Positions 59,381-64,000 of a stretch of DNA of 64,000 nt are shown here, piece after piece. The translations under genes were made by a program, and so were the position numbers. Within the stretch, counting starts at the first letter, position 1. Every line of letters begins with the position of its first letter. A model generated the notes under the pieces. That model did no database searches. It was not told where the DNA came from and saw only the letters and a list, made by a program, of their open reading frames with translations. The DNA is taken from NCBI GenBank assembly GCA_963675745.2, contig CAXXWX010000004.1, positions 52,964 to 116,963 of the forward strand, in the 5' to 3' direction. Source of the DNA: Phycisphaerae bacterium (GTDB taxonomy: Bacteria > Planctomycetota > Phycisphaerae > UBA1845 > Fen-1342).

Positions 59381-59887
59381 ATGAGTGCTTCCACCAGAAG
59401 ACTCCGATATATGCTCAACGTCATTGTGGCGCTAGTGTTTGTGCTCGTAGCCGCCGGATGGGGCGCGAGCATTTGGTATCGCCTGCTCGCAAAGCGCGAC
59501 GCGATTATTTCATTGAATGGCGGGCAGCTTGATATCATCTGGTATCGTGGGATACGAGAGCAAGAATACATCTGGTTTGTTGCCCCGCGCGAACAAGCAC
59601 GGGTGTTTGGCAAACATTTTCACGTGTCAGCGTCCTGGGCGGCCGGCTGTGGGAGGATTCACGTTCCGCTGTGGTTCGTCTTCATTTCAACAGGCGCGGC
59701 ATTCGCCGGTCTCTGCCCTTTCAGACAGCGAGCAGCACGTGAGGGCGAGTGCATGAGATGCAACTACAACCTTAGAGGAAACACAACTGGAGTGTGCCCG
59801 GAATGCGGCACACCGCTCAGGACGCAAGGGCGTACCGGTGACTTGCCTTATATAGCCTCAGATTCCAAAACAAATGCAGATGAGTGA
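59381..59887 (+). CDS. Membrane protein with C-terminal zinc ribbon (cargo gene)
   Basis: Two TM segments, VPLWF, CMRCNYNLRGNTTGVCPECG; atypical codon usage. Confidence 0.78.
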   Translation: MSASTRRLRYMLNVIVALVFVLVAAGWGASIWYRLLAKRDAIISLNGGQLDIIWYRGIREQEYIWFVAPREQARVFGKHFHVSASWAAGCGRIHVPLWFVFISTGAAFAGLCPFRQRAAREGECMRCNYNLRGNTTGVCPECGTPLRTQGRTGDLPYIASDSKTNADE

Positions 59888-60037
59888 GGACATGGGTCTC
59901 GGACAACATCGACAACGAGTTCGACGACTTCCAGGCCATCGACGTTGCCGGCCCGTACGCCGTCAGCGCCACGTACTTCAGCCAGCAGGGCGGCGTGACG
60001 GTTGATGAGTTTGCAACCGGGGCTGCTCCACAACTTC

Positions 60038-60090
60038 TGTGGCACCGGTTTCCAACCGGTGAGTCCCACTGGTTACAAACCAGTGCCACA
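60038..60090. repeat. REP doublet (GTGGCAC family)
   Basis: TGTGGCACCGGTTTCCAACCGGTG ... CACTGGTTACAAACCAGTGCCACA. Confidence 0.7.
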
Positions 60091-60196
60091 ACTCTGGGGT
60101 GGCTTCTCACGCGCTGAAGATGCCCACCGGCACGGTGCTGGAGAACTGCACAGGCGTGACGCCAGTACCACCGGCATGCCAGCGTGCGACAAAGGG

Positions 60197-61621
60197 CTAT
60201 GGCTCGAGCAGTATTTCTCCCCGGCCGCGGACGCGCAGGGCGACTGTTGATTGATCGCCGCCGGCGATCGTGTGGAAGACGGCGAGGCCCGGCGTGGGCA
60301 GGCCGTCGACTTGCTGGATCACGTCGCCCACGTGCAACCCGGCCCGATCCGCCGACGTGTGCGGTTGAACTTCCAATACCACCACTCCCCGTTGGTCCAC
60401 GCCATCATCGTCCGAACCGGCCACATCGCTGACCTGTCCCAGACGCGCGCCACGCCACAACAGGGCCTCGCCGCGCATCCAGGCAACGCGTACGCGATCG
60501 CGGCGCACGGCGGTGACCTGGGCCGCAAAACGCCGCCCGGCACGTTCGCAGATGATCTCGGCCTGCTGGCCAATGGGCGTGATTCCGACAAGGTCGGCGA
60601 ACTGGTCGGCCGTCAGGACGTCGCGGCCGGCGTATGCGACGATGATGTCGTCGACTTGCAGGCCGGCCTGATACGCGGGGCCGCCGACCTCGACATCGAC
60701 GATCTGCGGGCGTCGTTGCGGATGGGCCGTATCGCCGGTATCGACGTCGCGCAACGCCAGGCCGAGGTACGCGTGCTCGATCTGCCCGCCGGCCATGAGC
60801 GTGTTGATCGCCGCGCGACTGCTCGCGGTGAGCGGAATCGCGAATCCCACGCCTTCGTCCACGCCCGCGCGCGTATACACAGCGGTAACGACTCCGATCA
60901 CCTCGCCGCGGATATTCAGCAGCGGCCCGCCGGAATTCCCCGGATTGATGGCCGCGGTGGTCTGAATCATGTTTGTGTAGAGACGGTCGTCGTCCTCACC
61001 GAGTCCGGGCAGGCGGCGGCCGAGATTGGCAATCACGCCCACGGAGACGCAGGAGTGGCCGTCATCACCCAGGCCGTACGGGTTGCCGATCGCGACGGCC
61101 CACTGCCCGCGGCGCACGTCTTCCCACTCGCAGAATGTCGCCGGCTGCAACCCGTGGCGCGAGACCTCCAATACGGCCAGGTCGCTACGCACATCGGATG
61201 CCAAGACCGTCGCCGGAAGACGCTGGCCATCGTGGAAGACCACCTCGATGTCGGCGGCGGATTGCACCACGTGCTCGTTGGTCAGAATCAACCCGTCCGG
61301 GTGTACTACGGTGCCGCTGCCGTTGACGATGACGAACTGCTCGAAGTTCGTCGTCGGCGTCACCTCCAGCACACACCGGCGACTTACGCGAATGCCGACG
61401 ACGCTGGGGGCCACGCGGTCGGCGATTTCGGCGAATGCCCGTTGCAGCGTGTCCAGGTCGGGCGGTGCTGATGTCGGCGCAATCCGATCACGCGCCCAGG
61501 CCAGGTGCGCCACATCGACCAACGCCGCCATGACCAGCAACCCGACCGTCCAGGCGGCGTATTGGAATAAGCGTGCCCGCGTCCGATACCGGCGGCCGTG
61601 GGACTGACTCGCGCAGTTCAT
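60197..61621 (-). CDS. HtrA/DegP-like serine protease with two PDZ domains
   Basis: GSG, ILTNEHVV, SDLAVL, AIGNPYG, IQTTAAINPGNSGGPL, GVGFAIP, PDZ GL..GDVI. Confidence 0.92.
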   Translation of the reverse strand: MNCASQSHGRRYRTRARLFQYAAWTVGLLVMAALVDVAHLAWARDRIAPTSAPPDLDTLQRAFAEIADRVAPSVVGIRVSRRCVLEVTPTTNFEQFVIVNGSGTVVHPDGLILTNEHVVQSAADIEVVFHDGQRLPATVLASDVRSDLAVLEVSRHGLQPATFCEWEDVRRGQWAVAIGNPYGLGDDGHSCVSVGVIANLGRRLPGLGEDDDRLYTNMIQTTAAINPGNSGGPLLNIRGEVIGVVTAVYTRAGVDEGVGFAIPLTASSRAAINTLMAGGQIEHAYLGLALRDVDTGDTAHPQRRPQIVDVEVGGPAYQAGLQVDDIIVAYAGRDVLTADQFADLVGITPIGQQAEIICERAGRRFAAQVTAVRRDRVRVAWMRGEALLWRGARLGQVSDVAGSDDDGVDQRGVVVLEVQPHTSADRAGLHVGDVIQQVDGLPTPGLAVFHTIAGGDQSTVALRVRGRGEILLEP

Positions 61622-61716
61622 ACTTCACAACTCCGCTAGTGCTTCGACCAACGGAGCGGTGGCGCTGAGTGGGGATGGCCGATCAGGGCGGCGTGTCCGG
61701 CCGCGGCAATTGGCGA

Positions 61717-62841
<1,125 letters not shown>

Positions 62842-63006
62842 GACGATCCCTTCCCGGCCCCCAAGATCCGCGGCAGACAGCCGGAATCACAACGGGCCAC
62901 GCGGTGTATGAAGTGCCCTTCAGTGGCCCGTTACCATCATCCCGGTGAATGCGGGGAGCGGGGCTCACTGCGACCGCCGCCCGCGACAGGCCAGCCAACA
63001 TCATCC

Positions 63007-63034
63007 ATAGTACAAACAAACACCTAACTGTCAA
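63007..63034 (-). promoter_or_regulatory. Putative sigma70 promoter of recA
   Basis: Minus strand TTGACA (63034-63029), 16 nt, TACTAT (63012-63007) in an AT-rich island. Confidence 0.65.
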
Positions 63035-63757
63035 GAGCCCTCCCGGGTGACAGCGCGACTGTCTTGCCGGGGCACCAGGTCACGCGGCAGCCCGATGTCG
63101 GCCACTATCACCCGGCCGAGCACCGCTTTCGCCGTGGGCTTGTCGAACCCCGCTTTCGCCGCCAGAAGCGTGACCGTCGCATCGGCACGGAAACAGGGCG
63201 TGCCGGTCAGCCCGGTGTCGGCGTTCAACCCCGACGGCAAGTCCACGGCGATCTTGCGCGAGCCCGCGCAGGCATTGGCGAGCTCGATCAGCGCGGCGCT
63301 GCTGCCGCGCGGGTCGCCGCCCGAGCCGGTGCCCAGCAGCGCGTCCACGATCACGTTCGGCACCGTCGGCAAACGGGCGAACATCGGCAACGGCCGACTC
63401 CGAGCCGGCGTCAATCAGCGTGAGGCTCATGCGCTCCAGGATTGCCAGGTTGATGCCGGCATCTCCACTCGATCGTTCGCGGGGGGCGGCCAGAGCGACC
63501 GCCACGCTTACGCCGGCATTGTGCAGGTGTCGGGCAATCACAAACCCATCCCCGCCGTTGTTGCCCGCACCGGCCAGGATCAGCACGCGCGCTGTCAGCG
63601 GGTCGATCAGCGTGCCGAAAATGAACTCGGCGACATTGCGGCCGGCGTTCTCCATGAGCACCAGTCCCGGAATGCCGACGTGCTCGATCGCCAGGACGTC
63701 GAGTTCGCGAACCTGCTGGACCGTCAGGGGATCCCCGGCTTCGTATGGAATGGCCAT
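63031..63757 (-). CDS. nnrE: NAD(P)H-hydrate epimerase (YjeF_N), apparent single-base frameshift near 63356
   Basis: LMENAG and GAGNNGGDG in one frame; VIVDALLGTG, AVDLPSG, ADATVT and ADIG in the adjacent frame. Confidence 0.88.
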
Positions 63758-64000
63758 TCTCTCGCTCCGTACAGCAAGGGCGGCAGTCCGTCGACTTAAA
63801 GGAGCGCTTACCGTGGTGCTGGTGCTCCTGCACGTCGGTGAACCGCGCGGGCTGAGGTCCACGGCCGCTTGTTTCGCATACCCGTGGGCTGCCAATCACA
63901 GATTAGCATCACTGGCGGATCATGGAAACGGTATCTGCCCCCAGGACGCGGCGATGTGTGAATTCTCATCGTGTTATCATGTCCGTTTGCTACGCTGCCG

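Noticed and set aside
59884..60117. 77-aa ORF after the zinc-ribbon gene
   Set aside because: The first 50 or so codons look gene-like, but the ORF runs into a REP doublet and has no identifiable family; treated only as a possible fragment.

Overview
GC-rich bacterial chromosomal window, probably a planctomycete (Phycisphaerae-like). That placement is inferred from top6B, DUF1844/YdjY-type genes, the ExbB-ExbD-ExbD-vWA-TPR cluster and a CxxCxYNLxG zinc-ribbon protein. Most of it is housekeeping: acnA, acpP-fabF, asnS, a polyprenyl synthase, rsmA, queG, pyk, gltX, yacG, uvrB, an htrA-like protease, recA and nnrE. Highlights that the ORF track misses or mis-calls: (1) a left-truncated secreted streptopain(C10)-like protein with thrombospondin-3 repeats whose catalytic Cys is replaced by Ser; (2) a selenoprotein SelD with an in-frame UGA in a CxxU-xx-K motif and an fdhF-like SECIS hairpin; (3) an AbiEi/AbiEii type IV toxin-antitoxin pair with a perfect 18-bp operator palindrome over its promoter; (4) the most novel-looking locus, 57.8-60.1 kb, where copies of a 213-bp inverted-repeat-bounded element carrying a remnant Y1/RAYT-transposase C-terminus, with 'stuttered' ends, alternate with atypical cargo genes like a cassette array; (5) several families of REP/REPIN-like palindromic intergenic elements. 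Single-base frameshifts in asnS and nnrE suggest residual sequencing error. No rRNA, tRNA or CRISPR array was recognised. All family assignments come from motif recognition by eye, not database searches.
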